NCBI GenBank assembly: GCA_963664705.1
Contig: OY761556.1
Coordinates: 3,808,001 to 3,872,000 of the forward strand
DNA length: 64,000 bases
Source of the DNA: Acidobacteriota bacterium
GTDB lineage: Bacteria > Acidobacteriota > UBA6911
Direction: 5' to 3'
The notes below the pieces were generated by a model. That model was given only the letters and a program-made list of their open reading frames with translations, ran no database searches and was not told where the DNA came from. The position numbers were made by a program, and so were the translations under genes. The stretch's first letter is position 1, and each line of letters begins with the position of its first letter. Positions 28,339-38,160 of this stretch are shown here, one piece after another.

Positions 28339-29595
28339 TCAGATGACGGTGCCGTTTTTGATCAATGCGCCTTTGGGAATAACAATAATCCCATCACGGA
28401 TACTGTAGTTTTCGTCGTCCTTTTCCTGCAGATTGTGGGCATTAATGATGGAGACGTTATCGCCGATTCGCGCCTCTTTATCAATTATGGCGTTGATGAT
28501 CGTACAGTGATTCCCGATCCCTATGTTGGGAATGCGTTTCGATGCATTTTCTTCAAGCTCATCGACCGTTTCAAACCGGTCCGCACCCATGATGATCGAG
28601 TGCTTGATGGTAGTCCCACCGCCAATCCTGCTTCTGACGCCGATAATGGAGTGTTTAACATCGGCTCCATTCAATATGCATCCTTCAGAAATGATTGAAT
28701 GATGGACATTGCAATTATTCAGTTTGGATCCCGGGAGATTTCTCGGATGCGTAAAGATGGGCGCATCCAGGTCGTAAAAGTTGAACTTCGGTGAGGTATC
28801 GGTCAAGGCCAGATTGGCTTCATAGAAGGATCGTATGGTCCCGATGTCCTCCCAATACCCGTCAAAGGTAAAAGCGTGCACCCGGCGCGAATGAATTGAC
28901 TGAGGAATGACTTCCTTTCCAAAGTCGATGGCTTTGGATTCCATCAGCAGATCTATGAGCGTCTGTTTATGGAAAACATAAATTCCCATACTGGCCAGGA
29001 AGTCACGTCCGTCGGCTCGTTTTGAGAACCGGATTTCAGGCAATTCCTGCGGCTTCGGTTTTTCTCTGAATTCCGTGACTCTTCCATCGGACTGCACCTT
29101 CATCAGCCCAAGTCCCGGAGCGGATTCGGCCGTCACAGGGATGGCCGCGACGGTGATGTCTGCTTTCTGATCTATGTGGGAGCTGATAATGCGGCGCAAA
29201 TCCATCTGGTAGAGCTGATCGCCCGACAGCACAATAATGTATTTTGCCTGAGTGTAGGGGAGCAGGTGTTTGATGCTTTGTCGTACCGCATCCGCGGTTC
29301 CCTGGAACCAGTCGGGATTATCCGGCGTCTGCTCCGCGGCGAGGATGTCGACGAATCCTCCACTGAACATATCGAAACTATAGGTATGAACAATGTGTTT
29401 GTTCAGTGACGCGGAATTGAACTGCGTCAGAACAAACACCCGGTTGATGCGCGAATTCAGGCAATTGCTGATTGGGATATCGATGAGCCGGTATTTTCCG
29501 CCGAGTGGAACGGCAGGCTTGCTTCTGAACTTGGTAAGCGGGTACAAACGTTGGCCTTGTCCTCCGCCTAGGACTACTCCTATGACGTCCTGCAT
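28339..29595 (-). CDS. glgC: Glucose-1-phosphate adenylyltransferase
   Basis: GGGQGQRLYPLT, KPAVPLGGKYRLID, WFQGTADA, YWEDIGT, beta-helix C-terminus. Confidence 0.95.
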   Translation of the reverse strand: MQDVIGVVLGGGQGQRLYPLTKFRSKPAVPLGGKYRLIDIPISNCLNSRINRVFVLTQFNSASLNKHIVHTYSFDMFSGGFVDILAAEQTPDNPDWFQGTADAVRQSIKHLLPYTQAKYIIVLSGDQLYQMDLRRIISSHIDQKADITVAAIPVTAESAPGLGLMKVQSDGRVTEFREKPKPQELPEIRFSKRADGRDFLASMGIYVFHKQTLIDLLMESKAIDFGKEVIPQSIHSRRVHAFTFDGYWEDIGTIRSFYEANLALTDTSPKFNFYDLDAPIFTHPRNLPGSKLNNCNVHHSIISEGCILNGADVKHSIIGVRSRIGGGTTIKHSIIMGADRFETVDELEENASKRIPNIGIGNHCTIINAIIDKEARIGDNVSIINAHNLQEKDDENYSIRDGIIVIPKGALIKNGTVI

Positions 29596-29698
29596 ATATT
29601 CTCCCGTATAAACCCGATTATAGCAGTTTAGAACAATTTAAGATTTACGATTTATGAAAGATACCCTGGCCGCTTGTCTCATCGTCCATTGCAAATCG

Positions 29699-30025
29699 TC
29701 AATCGCCAAGAACCGGGTCGTTGAAGCAGGAGCGGGCGCCGGTATGGCAGGCGGGACCCTTCGGGTTCACCTTAATGACAAGCGCATCGTAATCACAGTC
29801 CGTAATGATCTGCACTACTTTCTGCGTATTCCCGGAGGTTTCGCCCTTGTGCCAGAGACATTGACGGCTTCGGCTGTAAAAAACCGTCTCGCCGATTTCC
29901 ATCGTCTTGGCCAGGCTTTCACGACTCACGTAAGCCACGGTGAGCACTTCTCCGGATGCAGCATCCTGAACAACGGCGGGTAATAATCCGGTCGAACCCC
30001 ATTTCAATTCTTCAATTTTTTTCAT
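29699..30025 (-). CDS. hisI: Phosphoribosyl-AMP cyclohydrolase (monofunctional)
   Basis: [31 protein letters not shown]. Confidence 0.92.
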   Translation of the reverse strand: MKKIEELKWGSTGLLPAVVQDAASGEVLTVAYVSRESLAKTMEIGETVFYSRSRQCLWHKGETSGNTQKVVQIITDCDYDALVIKVNPKGPACHTGARSCFNDPVLGD

Positions 30026-30047
30026 ATCTGTCTATGCCTGCGTTTAC

Positions 30048-30073
30048 AAGGCGGCAGCAAGCTGCCGCACTCC
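30048..30073. repeat. Single REP, family A
   Basis: AAGGCGGCAGCAAGCTGCCGCACTCC. Confidence 0.65.
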
Positions 30074-30077
30074 CAGT

Positions 30078-30857
30078 CTATTCGGTTAACCTCACCGGAA
30101 TCCCTTGATTCCGCAATTCTCTCTTGGCATCTGCAATCGTATGGTGCCCGAAATGGAAAATTGAGGCCGCCAGCGCCGCACTCGCCTTCCCATCAATAAA
30201 CGCGTCCGCAATGTGTTGCAGAGTCCCGCAGCCACCGGATGCGATAACGGGGATATCCACCCTTTCTGAAATCTTGCGATTCAGAATATTGTCATATCCG
30301 GCCTGAGTACCGTCGCAATCCATGGATGTGAGCAGAATCTCTCCCGCGCCGCGCTCCGCCGCTTCTCCGGCCCACGCAACCGCCTCGATCGGGCGTGTCA
30401 CCCTTCCTCCGTGAGTCGTTACTTCCCACCGCGGATTTTCCGGATCAAACGGCTGGATCCGCCGCGCATCGATTGCAACGATGATGCACTGCGAGCCGAA
30501 ATAACGTGCCGATTCGTTGATCAAATCGGGATTCTCTATGGCCGAGGTATTCAGCGACACCTTATCGGCCCCGGCGCGAAGGATCGCCTGGATGTCTTCA
30601 ATAGTGCGCAATCCGCCGCCCACAGTGAACGGGATGAAGATTCTGTCGGCAACAGCGCGAACCATCCTGGTAACGATATCCCGCCGGTCGGATGATGCGG
30701 TGATATCCAGGAACACCAATTCGTCCGCGCCTTCGGCGTCATATCGGGCGGCCGTTTCGACCGGGTCGCCGGCGTCAACCAGATTCACAAAATGCGTTCC
30801 TTTGACCACACGCCCATCACGCACATCCAAACAGGGTATAATTCGTTTTGCTAGCAT
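30078..30857 (-). CDS. hisF: Imidazole glycerol phosphate synthase, cyclase subunit
   Basis: [33 protein letters not shown]. Confidence 0.96.
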   Translation of the reverse strand: MLAKRIIPCLDVRDGRVVKGTHFVNLVDAGDPVETAARYDAEGADELVFLDITASSDRRDIVTRMVRAVADRIFIPFTVGGGLRTIEDIQAILRAGADKVSLNTSAIENPDLINESARYFGSQCIIVAIDARRIQPFDPENPRWEVTTHGGRVTRPIEAVAWAGEAAERGAGEILLTSMDCDGTQAGYDNILNRKISERVDIPVIASGGCGTLQHIADAFIDGKASAALAASIFHFGHHTIADAKRELRNQGIPVRLTE

Positions 30858-30944
30858 AACGTTCCAATTCAGGATTTCGGATTTCCGGTTCCAGATTTCG
30901 GAATTTCCATTCGGGGATCTGAAAGCCGGGCGCTCAAATTTGCG

Positions 30945-31691
30945 CTATCTCCACGAGAGCAATTGACTCCGCAAATCCGCGAAGTCAATCTTTTGGTCAT
31001 ATAGTGCGCGGCCAAGAATCACGCCTTCAATTCCGCGCCGGCGTCTTTCCCATAGCGTACGCACATCCTCCACCGTTGTAACCCCGCCGCTTGCGATGAC
31101 CTTGATTCCAGCCTCAATGCAGAGCGCCTCCGTTTCCCGGTAGTTCACGCCGCTCAGCATTCCGTCACGGGCAACATCGGTATAAATGATCCGCTCGACT
31201 CCGAGATCTTTCATCTGCCGCGCCAATTCAGCCGCCGCCACGGTTGTAACATCCACCCAGCCGCGCAGTGCCACCTTTCCCTGACGCGCATCAATACCGA
31301 CTACAATCGATGCGGAGGAAAACCGCTTCACCGCTTCCGCCACGATTTCCGGATGATCTACGGCGACAGTGCCCAGAATTGCCCTTTGCGCACCCAATTC
31401 AAGTATTTTTTCAATTTGCTCGAGCGTCCGCAAACCGCCGCCGAATTCGACCGGTATTTTCAGCGCGCTGAAAATGGACCGCGCAATCTCCAGATGTGCC
31501 GCGGCGCCGGAAAATGCTCCATCGAGATCAACAAGGTGCAGTCGCGTGGCACCCAGTTCCTCCCAATGCAGTGCCATGGCCACCGGGTCATTGCTGTATT
31601 CGGTCGACCGGGATGCCACTCCTTCCTGGAGCCGGACGCACTTGCCCCCCTTCAGGTCCACTGCCGGGATCAACTCAAAATCAGTCATCAT
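30945..31691 (-). CDS. hisA: ProFAR isomerase
   Basis: IPAVDLKGGKCVRL, HLVDLDGA, GGGLR, TDVARDGMLSG. Confidence 0.95.
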   Translation of the reverse strand: MMTDFELIPAVDLKGGKCVRLQEGVASRSTEYSNDPVAMALHWEELGATRLHLVDLDGAFSGAAAHLEIARSIFSALKIPVEFGGGLRTLEQIEKILELGAQRAILGTVAVDHPEIVAEAVKRFSSASIVVGIDARQGKVALRGWVDVTTVAAAELARQMKDLGVERIIYTDVARDGMLSGVNYRETEALCIEAGIKVIASGGVTTVEDVRTLWERRRRGIEGVILGRALYDQKIDFADLRSQLLSWR

Positions 31692-31729
31692 TCCTCACAT
31701 GGATTCACGATTGTTCAAAAGACACGTGG

Positions 31730-32347
31730 CTATATCTGCAGAAAATTCTTCAGGAGCTTCTTACCGGCATCCTGGCTTTTTTCCGGGTGAAATTGTGCGC
31801 CCCAGACCTTGTCCCTGCACGCAATGGAGCAGAATCGGTGGCCATAATCCGTCCACCGGAGCGCATCTTCCGGCATTTCCGGTTCTACATAATAGGAATG
31901 GACAAAATAGAAATAGCTGCCTTCCGGTATGTCCTGGAGCAGCAGATCAGGCTGCGTCCCTTCGATTTGGTTCCATCCGACATGCGGCACCCGAAATCCG
32001 GGGTCCCGAAATCTCAACACCCTTCCCGGAATCAGGTTCAAGCCTTTGTGCCTTCCGAATTCCTCGCTTTCGGTAAAAAGCAGTTGCAAGCCAAGGCAGA
32101 GCCCCAACAGCGGCGTCCCCAACGCTACCGCATCCTGCACGGCAGCATCCATCCCATCACGACGGAGGTTATCCATCGCATCGCCGAAGGCGCCCACGCC
32201 GGGCAGTATCAGCCGCCTGGCCTTTCGGACCACATCGGGATCCCCTGAGATCAGGGGTCGGCCGCCAACGGACTCCAGTGCTTTCTCCACGGATCGGAGA
32301 TTGCCCATGCCGTAATCCACAATTATCGTTTCAGACAGATCGGCCAA
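31730..32347 (-). CDS. hisH: Imidazole glycerol phosphate synthase, glutaminase subunit
   Basis: DYGMGNLRS, PGVGAF, GLCLGLQ, QFHPEKS; likely TTG start at 32347 right after the hisB stop. Confidence 0.93.
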   Translation of the reverse strand: MADLSETIIVDYGMGNLRSVEKALESVGGRPLISGDPDVVRKARRLILPGVGAFGDAMDNLRRDGMDAAVQDAVALGTPLLGLCLGLQLLFTESEEFGRHKGLNLIPGRVLRFRDPGFRVPHVGWNQIEGTQPDLLLQDIPEGSYFYFVHSYYVEPEMPEDALRWTDYGHRFCSIACRDKVWGAQFHPEKSQDAGKKLLKNFLQI

Positions 32348-32348
32348 T

Positions 32349-32939
32349 CTATATAACTCCCTTCGTCGACGGAACGCCTTGGACTCGCGGATCAACACGC
32401 GTCGCAATGCTCAGCGCCCGCGCCGCAGCCTTGAACATAGCTTCAAAAATGTGATGCGTGTTCCGACCGTACAGCATCTCGATATGCAGGCAGATCCGCG
32501 CGTGAGTCACAACCGCCTTCCAAAACTCCTCGATGAGATCCGATTCCAGCGCGCCCACGTGTTCCCGCTCGACTTTCACGTTATAAACCAGATAGGGTCT
32601 GCCTGAAAGATCCAGCGCAACGCGCACCAGCGTTTCATCCATTGGAAAATAGGAATGCGCAAACCGCACAATACCGGATTTGTCCCCAAGGGCCTGTTCC
32701 AATGCCGTCCCAAGACAGATACCGATGTCCTCAACCGAATGGTGGGCATCGACGCCAAGATCCCCCTTGCAGGAAACATCCAGATCGATAATCCCATGTT
32801 TCGCGAAAAGATTGAGCATGTGATCCAGAAACTGAACGCCCGTATCTATATTGCTTTGTCCTGTCCCATCCAGATTCAAGGTTACCGAAACATTGGTTTC
32901 GCTGGTGTTGCGCTTTATGGTTGCAGTTCGTGCTTTCAT
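32349..32939 (-). CDS. hisB: Imidazoleglycerol-phosphate dehydratase
   Basis: DAHHSVED, PMDE, NTHHIFEAMFKA, PSTKG. Confidence 0.96.
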   Translation of the reverse strand: MKARTATIKRNTSETNVSVTLNLDGTGQSNIDTGVQFLDHMLNLFAKHGIIDLDVSCKGDLGVDAHHSVEDIGICLGTALEQALGDKSGIVRFAHSYFPMDETLVRVALDLSGRPYLVYNVKVEREHVGALESDLIEEFWKAVVTHARICLHIEMLYGRNTHHIFEAMFKAAARALSIATRVDPRVQGVPSTKGVI

Positions 32940-32958
32940 GTAAGTTTCCAGGCGCTGT

Positions 32959-34050
32959 CTATGCGGGTGAGACCCTTGCGCTCAAGGACGCACGCAGCGC
33001 GGACAAAAGTCGATTGTTTTCCTCCGGTGTTCCGACACTGATCCGCAGACACTTGGACAGCATCGGGTAAGACGAAACATCCCGAATCAGAATACCCTGG
33101 GCAAACAAATCCTGAAAAACCAGTTTTGGCTCAACCGGGACCTCGATCAAGAAGAAGTTGGCCTCGGTCGGGTGTACCTTGAGATCCGGCATTTGGCCGA
33201 GTTCACGAACCAGCCGATCTCGCTCCTGCAGAACAGCCTCGATGGGCGGGCGGAAGCGGCTGATATTTTCGAGAGCAACTTCGGCGGCGGTCAGGCTGAA
33301 CTGATTGACGTTATAGGGCAGCTTCGCTTTGGCAACCTGAGTGGTCAGTTCCGGATGCGCCAGCATATAACCCACCCGCAGGCTGGCCATTCCCATGGCT
33401 TTCGAAAAAGTTCTCGTGATAATCAGTCGCGGATAGTCTTTGAGAAATTCAAGTCCACTTTGCCCCCAAAACTCATAGTAGGCTTCATCCAGCAGCACAT
33501 GTCCGGGAAACCGATCCAGGATGAGTCTCAGGTTTTCCCCTCTCAAAACCGCACCGGTCGGATTATTCGGAGTATTGACAATCAAAACGCCTGCGCCCGA
33601 TTCTATGGATTTGTCAATGAGGGCATCGACGTCAAAGGCCAAATCCTCCTTCAGTGGAATGCCCACAACTTCCGCACCCAATACAGTCGAAATCAAACGA
33701 TAAACCGTAAACGTCGGAGCAGGAATGGCAACCTTTGACCGACTTTTGATGAGCACGGTTAAGGTTGCCTGCAGCAGTTCGTTCGATCCATTCCCGACGA
33801 GAACGCCATCGGGCCGCCAGCCGACAAAATCCGCCAACTGCTTGTGCAGCGACTCGGGAATAAAGTCCGGATAGCGGGACCATTGGCGATTCCTGAACCT
33901 CCGGTAGGTCTCCTCCTTAAGATCGTCGGGGAAATCATAGGGGTTTTCGTTCTGGTTGAGCTTCACCTCCGCATCATACGCATGCAGCGTGTAAGCTGGA
34001 ACCTTCAGAACCTGCGGCTTCACTCCATATAAAGGCGAATTCTTCTTCAC
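32959..34050 (-). CDS. hisC: Histidinol-phosphate aminotransferase
   Basis: KLNQNENP, GNGSNE, PNNPTG, DEAY, RTFSKA. Confidence 0.93.
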   Translation of the reverse strand: MKKNSPLYGVKPQVLKVPAYTLHAYDAEVKLNQNENPYDFPDDLKEETYRRFRNRQWSRYPDFIPESLHKQLADFVGWRPDGVLVGNGSNELLQATLTVLIKSRSKVAIPAPTFTVYRLISTVLGAEVVGIPLKEDLAFDVDALIDKSIESGAGVLIVNTPNNPTGAVLRGENLRLILDRFPGHVLLDEAYYEFWGQSGLEFLKDYPRLIITRTFSKAMGMASLRVGYMLAHPELTTQVAKAKLPYNVNQFSLTAAEVALENISRFRPPIEAVLQERDRLVRELGQMPDLKVHPTEANFFLIEVPVEPKLVFQDLFAQGILIRDVSSYPMLSKCLRISVGTPEENNRLLSALRASLSARVSPA

Positions 34051-34052
34051 GG

Positions 34053-35363
34053 CTAGGCTTCCTCATCCAATGGTTCTTCCCCGGATTCCTGTCGAATGGT
34101 GACCGACCGGGCATGGGCGTCCAAACCTTCCGAACGGGCAAGGGCATCGATCGATTTCCAGGTACGGGAGAGTTCTTCTTTCGAATACCGGATAATGCTG
34201 GTTCTGCGCTGGAAGTGATACACGCCAAGTGGCGAGAAAAACCGCGCGGTTCCGCTTGTCGGGAGGACATGATTCGCACCGGCAAAATAGTCCCCGACCG
34301 CTTCCGGAGAATAGTCGCCATAGAAAATCGATCCGGCATGCCGGACCTTGTCGATGGCAGACATTGGTATGGATGCAAAAATCTCCAGGTGTTCGGGAGC
34401 AATCTCATTGATCCACTGCGTTGATTGCAGATAGCTGTCCATCACAACAACGGCTCCATAGCTTTCAATCGATTTCCTGGCAATTTCCTTTCTTGAAAGA
34501 GATGCCATCTGCTTCTCTATTTCGCGCTGGATGAGAATAGCGTGCGGCATGGAGTCGGTAAAACAAATGGAGCAGGCGGCTTCATCATGTTCTGCCTGGG
34601 ACAGCATGTCTGCTGCAATAAAGCGCGGATTGGATTCGGCCGACGCAAGAATCACAACCTCGCTGGGCCCGGCAACCATGTCGATGTCGACCTGACCGTA
34701 TACTTCCCGTTTCGCAGCCGTGACATATGCATTCCCGGGGCCAACAATTTTATCGACGCGCGGAATCGTATCCGTACCATATGCCAGTGCGGCGACAGCC
34801 TGCGCGCCGCCAACAAGATATACTTCGGAGGCATTTAGTTCGTGCAACGCCGCGGCTATCACCGGATTCTGCTGAAAGGTGTGCGGCGGAGTTACGACCA
34901 CGATGCGTTTCACACCGGCTATTTTGGCGGGAATGATATTCATCAGGACAGAGGAAGGATATGCCGCACTCCCACCTGGCACATAAACGCCAACGCTGTC
35001 CAAAGGCAAAACACGTTGCCCCAATACAACCCCGCGCTTGCTGAATTCCCAGGATTTCTGAATCTGCCGCGCATGGTAGGCATGGATGTTGAAAATAGCC
35101 TTTTCGAGATCGATGAGGAGATGCGGGTCCGCCTTTTTGGCAATCGTGCGCAATGCCTGAGGGCGAACGCGCATTTGCCTGGCATTCATTTTGACTTTAT
35201 CGAACCGCTCCGTGTATTTCAGAACCGCGCGGTCGCCCTCCTTCTGCACCTGCGAGATGATCTGCCGTACGCTGCCCACGATGTCATGGGCAACGAGGCT
35301 TTTGCGACTCTCCAGGCGGGCGAATAGTTTGGCCCTGTCCCGTTCTTGATAGATCTTTATCAT
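34053..35363 (-). CDS. hisD: Histidinol dehydrogenase
   Basis: GVYVPGG..YPSS, GPGNAYV, AGPSE, QAEHD, APEHL, NHVLPT; ATG at 35363. Confidence 0.95.
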   Translation of the reverse strand: MIKIYQERDRAKLFARLESRKSLVAHDIVGSVRQIISQVQKEGDRAVLKYTERFDKVKMNARQMRVRPQALRTIAKKADPHLLIDLEKAIFNIHAYHARQIQKSWEFSKRGVVLGQRVLPLDSVGVYVPGGSAAYPSSVLMNIIPAKIAGVKRIVVVTPPHTFQQNPVIAAALHELNASEVYLVGGAQAVAALAYGTDTIPRVDKIVGPGNAYVTAAKREVYGQVDIDMVAGPSEVVILASAESNPRFIAADMLSQAEHDEAACSICFTDSMPHAILIQREIEKQMASLSRKEIARKSIESYGAVVVMDSYLQSTQWINEIAPEHLEIFASIPMSAIDKVRHAGSIFYGDYSPEAVGDYFAGANHVLPTSGTARFFSPLGVYHFQRRTSIIRYSKEELSRTWKSIDALARSEGLDAHARSVTIRQESGEEPLDEEA

Positions 35364-35413
35364 GTCAGCACCTTCACGGGTTCTCCGCTTCCGGCTCCCC
35401 GCATCCTGTTCAA

Positions 35414-36751
35414 TCAATTTCGAATTGCTTCCGCCAACCCTTTTTCTGTCATCAACCGCTCGATATCAGCGATTTCCTTCGGCACTTCCCCTGTAAGAAC
35501 CTCGTATCCGTCCCTGGTTACAAGGACGGTATCCTCGATACGAATGCCAATACCCTTATCCGGCATGTACACGCCCGGTTCAACAGTCAACACCACTCCA
35601 GGTTCAAATGGCACGGATCTTCCAACGTCATGCGTAGCCATTCCCACATAATGGCTGACCCCGTGATTGAGAAATCTCGCATAGGCATGGCGATTGAGCA
35701 CATCACGGACCGTCCCCTCAAGATCGCTGAAAGTTGCTCCCGGCTTGATCTTCTCCAGCGCAGCTTTTTGCGAGTCCAACACGATTTGGTAGACCTTCGC
35801 CTGCTCTCCGGTAAACTTGCCGGAAATCGGAAAAGTGCGGGTAACGTCTGCCTGGTAATATTGGTAGTCTGGCCCGTAATCGATCAGGACGAGGTCTCCG
35901 GATTCCATCCTGCGCGCATTCTCGCCATAGTGCAAAAGGCACGAGTTCGGTCCCGATCCCACAATCGGATAGAAAGCATCCCCGGATGCCCCATTCCAGA
36001 GGAAAACGAACCTGGCTATGGCGGCCACCTGGTATTCGAACATGCCCGGCTTTGCGGACCGTATCGATTCCTTCAAACCAAGAGCACCAATGCGACCAGC
36101 CTGGCGCAGTCGGTCGATTTCCCGCGAGTCTTTGACGCGCCGCATTTCATCCAAAATTGGCGAAAGATCTTTGACCGATGTCAGCTTGAATTGCGTCTGC
36201 AGGACCTGTTCAAAAACCGCTTCACGACTGGAACGTCCATCCCAGAAATCACTCTTGCGGCTTATTTCAAATCTCACCGCTCTGTCGCGACTGGTTGCGG
36301 ATGTCTCGCTGGGAGACATCGGCGTATACAGACATTTCTGGCTCCCCAGACGCTTTTCCAGCTCTTCCCCGAACTGCATGCTCTCCAAAACGGCATCCAT
36401 TCCGGTAGTCTTCTGCGCTTCCACCCCGGGGATAAGCCGCCTTCCTTCCCAGCCTTCAAGCTCCTTGTCCAACTCAGGCAGAAAGAGGATAGATTGACGG
36501 CGTACGCCATCCACAAGCAGCCTGGCATTGGGAGTTTCAACGCCCGTCAGGTAATAAAAGCTGTTGTCCTGGCGAAAGACGGTGTAAGACCTGAGATCCG
36601 GCTCTCCCTGGAGAACCGCGATTGAGTTTCCGATCTTTTTCATCAGGGATGCACGTCTCGACGCATAAACTGCATTGTCATCGGAATTCCCGATAGCCGT
36701 TTGCAGGAAGATGCAGGCAAGAAGCAACGCCCTCAGCACCGCTTTCAACAT
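35414..36751 (-). CDS. Xaa-Pro aminopeptidase (M24B) with a signal-peptide-like N-terminus
   Basis: FRQDNSFYYLTG, LHY, D.G..Y.ADVTRT, HGVSHYVG..THD, TVEPG, RIED. Confidence 0.88.
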   Translation of the reverse strand: MLKAVLRALLLACIFLQTAIGNSDDNAVYASRRASLMKKIGNSIAVLQGEPDLRSYTVFRQDNSFYYLTGVETPNARLLVDGVRRQSILFLPELDKELEGWEGRRLIPGVEAQKTTGMDAVLESMQFGEELEKRLGSQKCLYTPMSPSETSATSRDRAVRFEISRKSDFWDGRSSREAVFEQVLQTQFKLTSVKDLSPILDEMRRVKDSREIDRLRQAGRIGALGLKESIRSAKPGMFEYQVAAIARFVFLWNGASGDAFYPIVGSGPNSCLLHYGENARRMESGDLVLIDYGPDYQYYQADVTRTFPISGKFTGEQAKVYQIVLDSQKAALEKIKPGATFSDLEGTVRDVLNRHAYARFLNHGVSHYVGMATHDVGRSVPFEPGVVLTVEPGVYMPDKGIGIRIEDTVLVTRDGYEVLTGEVPKEIADIERLMTEKGLAEAIRN

Positions 36752-36876
36752 TTCCCACTCCAAATGCCAAAACCATGATAATAGCACGAGATACAAACGG
36801 GGTCCGACCCTGAAAAACTGAAAATTCCAGAGAACGCGAACAAAATTTTCAAATTATCGGGGTCTGGCTCCGTTTT

Positions 36877-38052
36877 TCACTTTTTATGGACAAGGGCGGC
36901 ACGGGTAATGGCTTTGCCGCCAAAGCGCTGGGTAATGCTATCCATGGCTGATGCCAGCTTCTGGTTTTTCGGCGAGGGTTGATCCAACAACGACATCTGC
37001 TTCCCAATGGTCTCAACTTCGAGGTTGCTGCTGTATATACCAATCAGCCGAACCAGCAATCCTTCACGCCAAAGGCTTTGTAAAAGCTTGTCTGCAACCG
37101 GAAAAATTTCCTCTGCCGTATTCACCGAAGGGTTCAGGGTGATCCGCCGGGTGAAGGTCGAGAAGTCCGCCTCCCGGAATTTGACCGTAATTGTCCGGGC
37201 CCGCGTTTGGTTGGCCCGAAGCCGTTGGGCTACTTTTTCAGACAATGCAAGAAGAGTGGCATGAAGCAAACCGGCATCCGATGTGTCCTTGTCGAAAGTG
37301 ATCTCATGGCCAATTGATTTGAATCCTTCCGCAGAGACCACCGGCCGGTCGTCTATCCCGTTTGCAAGCTGCCACAAGTGGGCTCCCGTTTTTCCCAGGC
37401 GAACGGCAAGCTCACTATGGGATAAATCCGCGATTTGTCCGATCCGCTGCAACCCCGCTCGCTTCAGATCCTCTTCGGTCTTGGGTCCCACGCCCCAAAG
37501 CCGGCGTATGGGAAGCGGCGACAGGAATTCCTTCTCCCCTCCCGGTCTCACGATAACAAGTCCGTCCGGTTTCTCGAGATCAGATGCGACTTTTGCAATG
37601 AATTTGCTGGCGGCAACTCCAACAGAGGCCGTCAGCCCCAGTTCATGCCCGATCCTGGTTTTGATCTTCCTGGCAATCGTGGGTCCATCGCCAAAGAGCT
37701 TCTCGCTCCCTGTCACGTCCAGGAAAGCCTCATCAACGCTGACTTGCTCAATCAGGTCGGTAAAGTCGCCGAAAATATCCATGATGAGCCCGGAAACCCG
37801 TGCATACTTCTCCATATCCGGCCGAACATAAATTCCTTGCGGGCAGAGTTTCCATGCTTTGGATATAGGCTGCGCGGAGTGCACTCCGAATTTGCGCGCT
37901 TCGTAGGAACAGGTCGCGACAATTCCCCGGCCTTTTCCTTCTTTGGGATCGGATCCGACAATGACCGGCCTGCCCCGTAACTCGGGTCGATCGCGCTGCT
38001 CAACCGATGCATAAAATGCATCCATATCCACATGCAGAATGGTCCGGTTCAT
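36877..38052 (-). CDS. dinB: DNA polymerase IV (intact catalytic motifs)
   Basis: HVDMDAFYASVE, SYEAR, SVDEAFLD, KPDG, clamp motif QMSLL. Confidence 0.95.
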   Translation of the reverse strand: MNRTILHVDMDAFYASVEQRDRPELRGRPVIVGSDPKEGKGRGIVATCSYEARKFGVHSAQPISKAWKLCPQGIYVRPDMEKYARVSGLIMDIFGDFTDLIEQVSVDEAFLDVTGSEKLFGDGPTIARKIKTRIGHELGLTASVGVAASKFIAKVASDLEKPDGLVIVRPGGEKEFLSPLPIRRLWGVGPKTEEDLKRAGLQRIGQIADLSHSELAVRLGKTGAHLWQLANGIDDRPVVSAEGFKSIGHEITFDKDTSDAGLLHATLLALSEKVAQRLRANQTRARTITVKFREADFSTFTRRITLNPSVNTAEEIFPVADKLLQSLWREGLLVRLIGIYSSNLEVETIGKQMSLLDQPSPKNQKLASAMDSITQRFGGKAITRAALVHKK

Positions 38053-38160
38053 CTCTTCAGTTTATCCCAAAGCCGGAATACCGCTCACGATTACTTATGG
38101 TTTCAAACCGGGCAGCGGGCGGCGGCAGCAAGAACAGTCAAACGGAGGTGACGTCGCGAT

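Noticed and set aside
29699-35363. his operon lacking hisG, hisZ and hisE
   Set aside because: Split his operons are common; these genes are probably elsewhere in the genome
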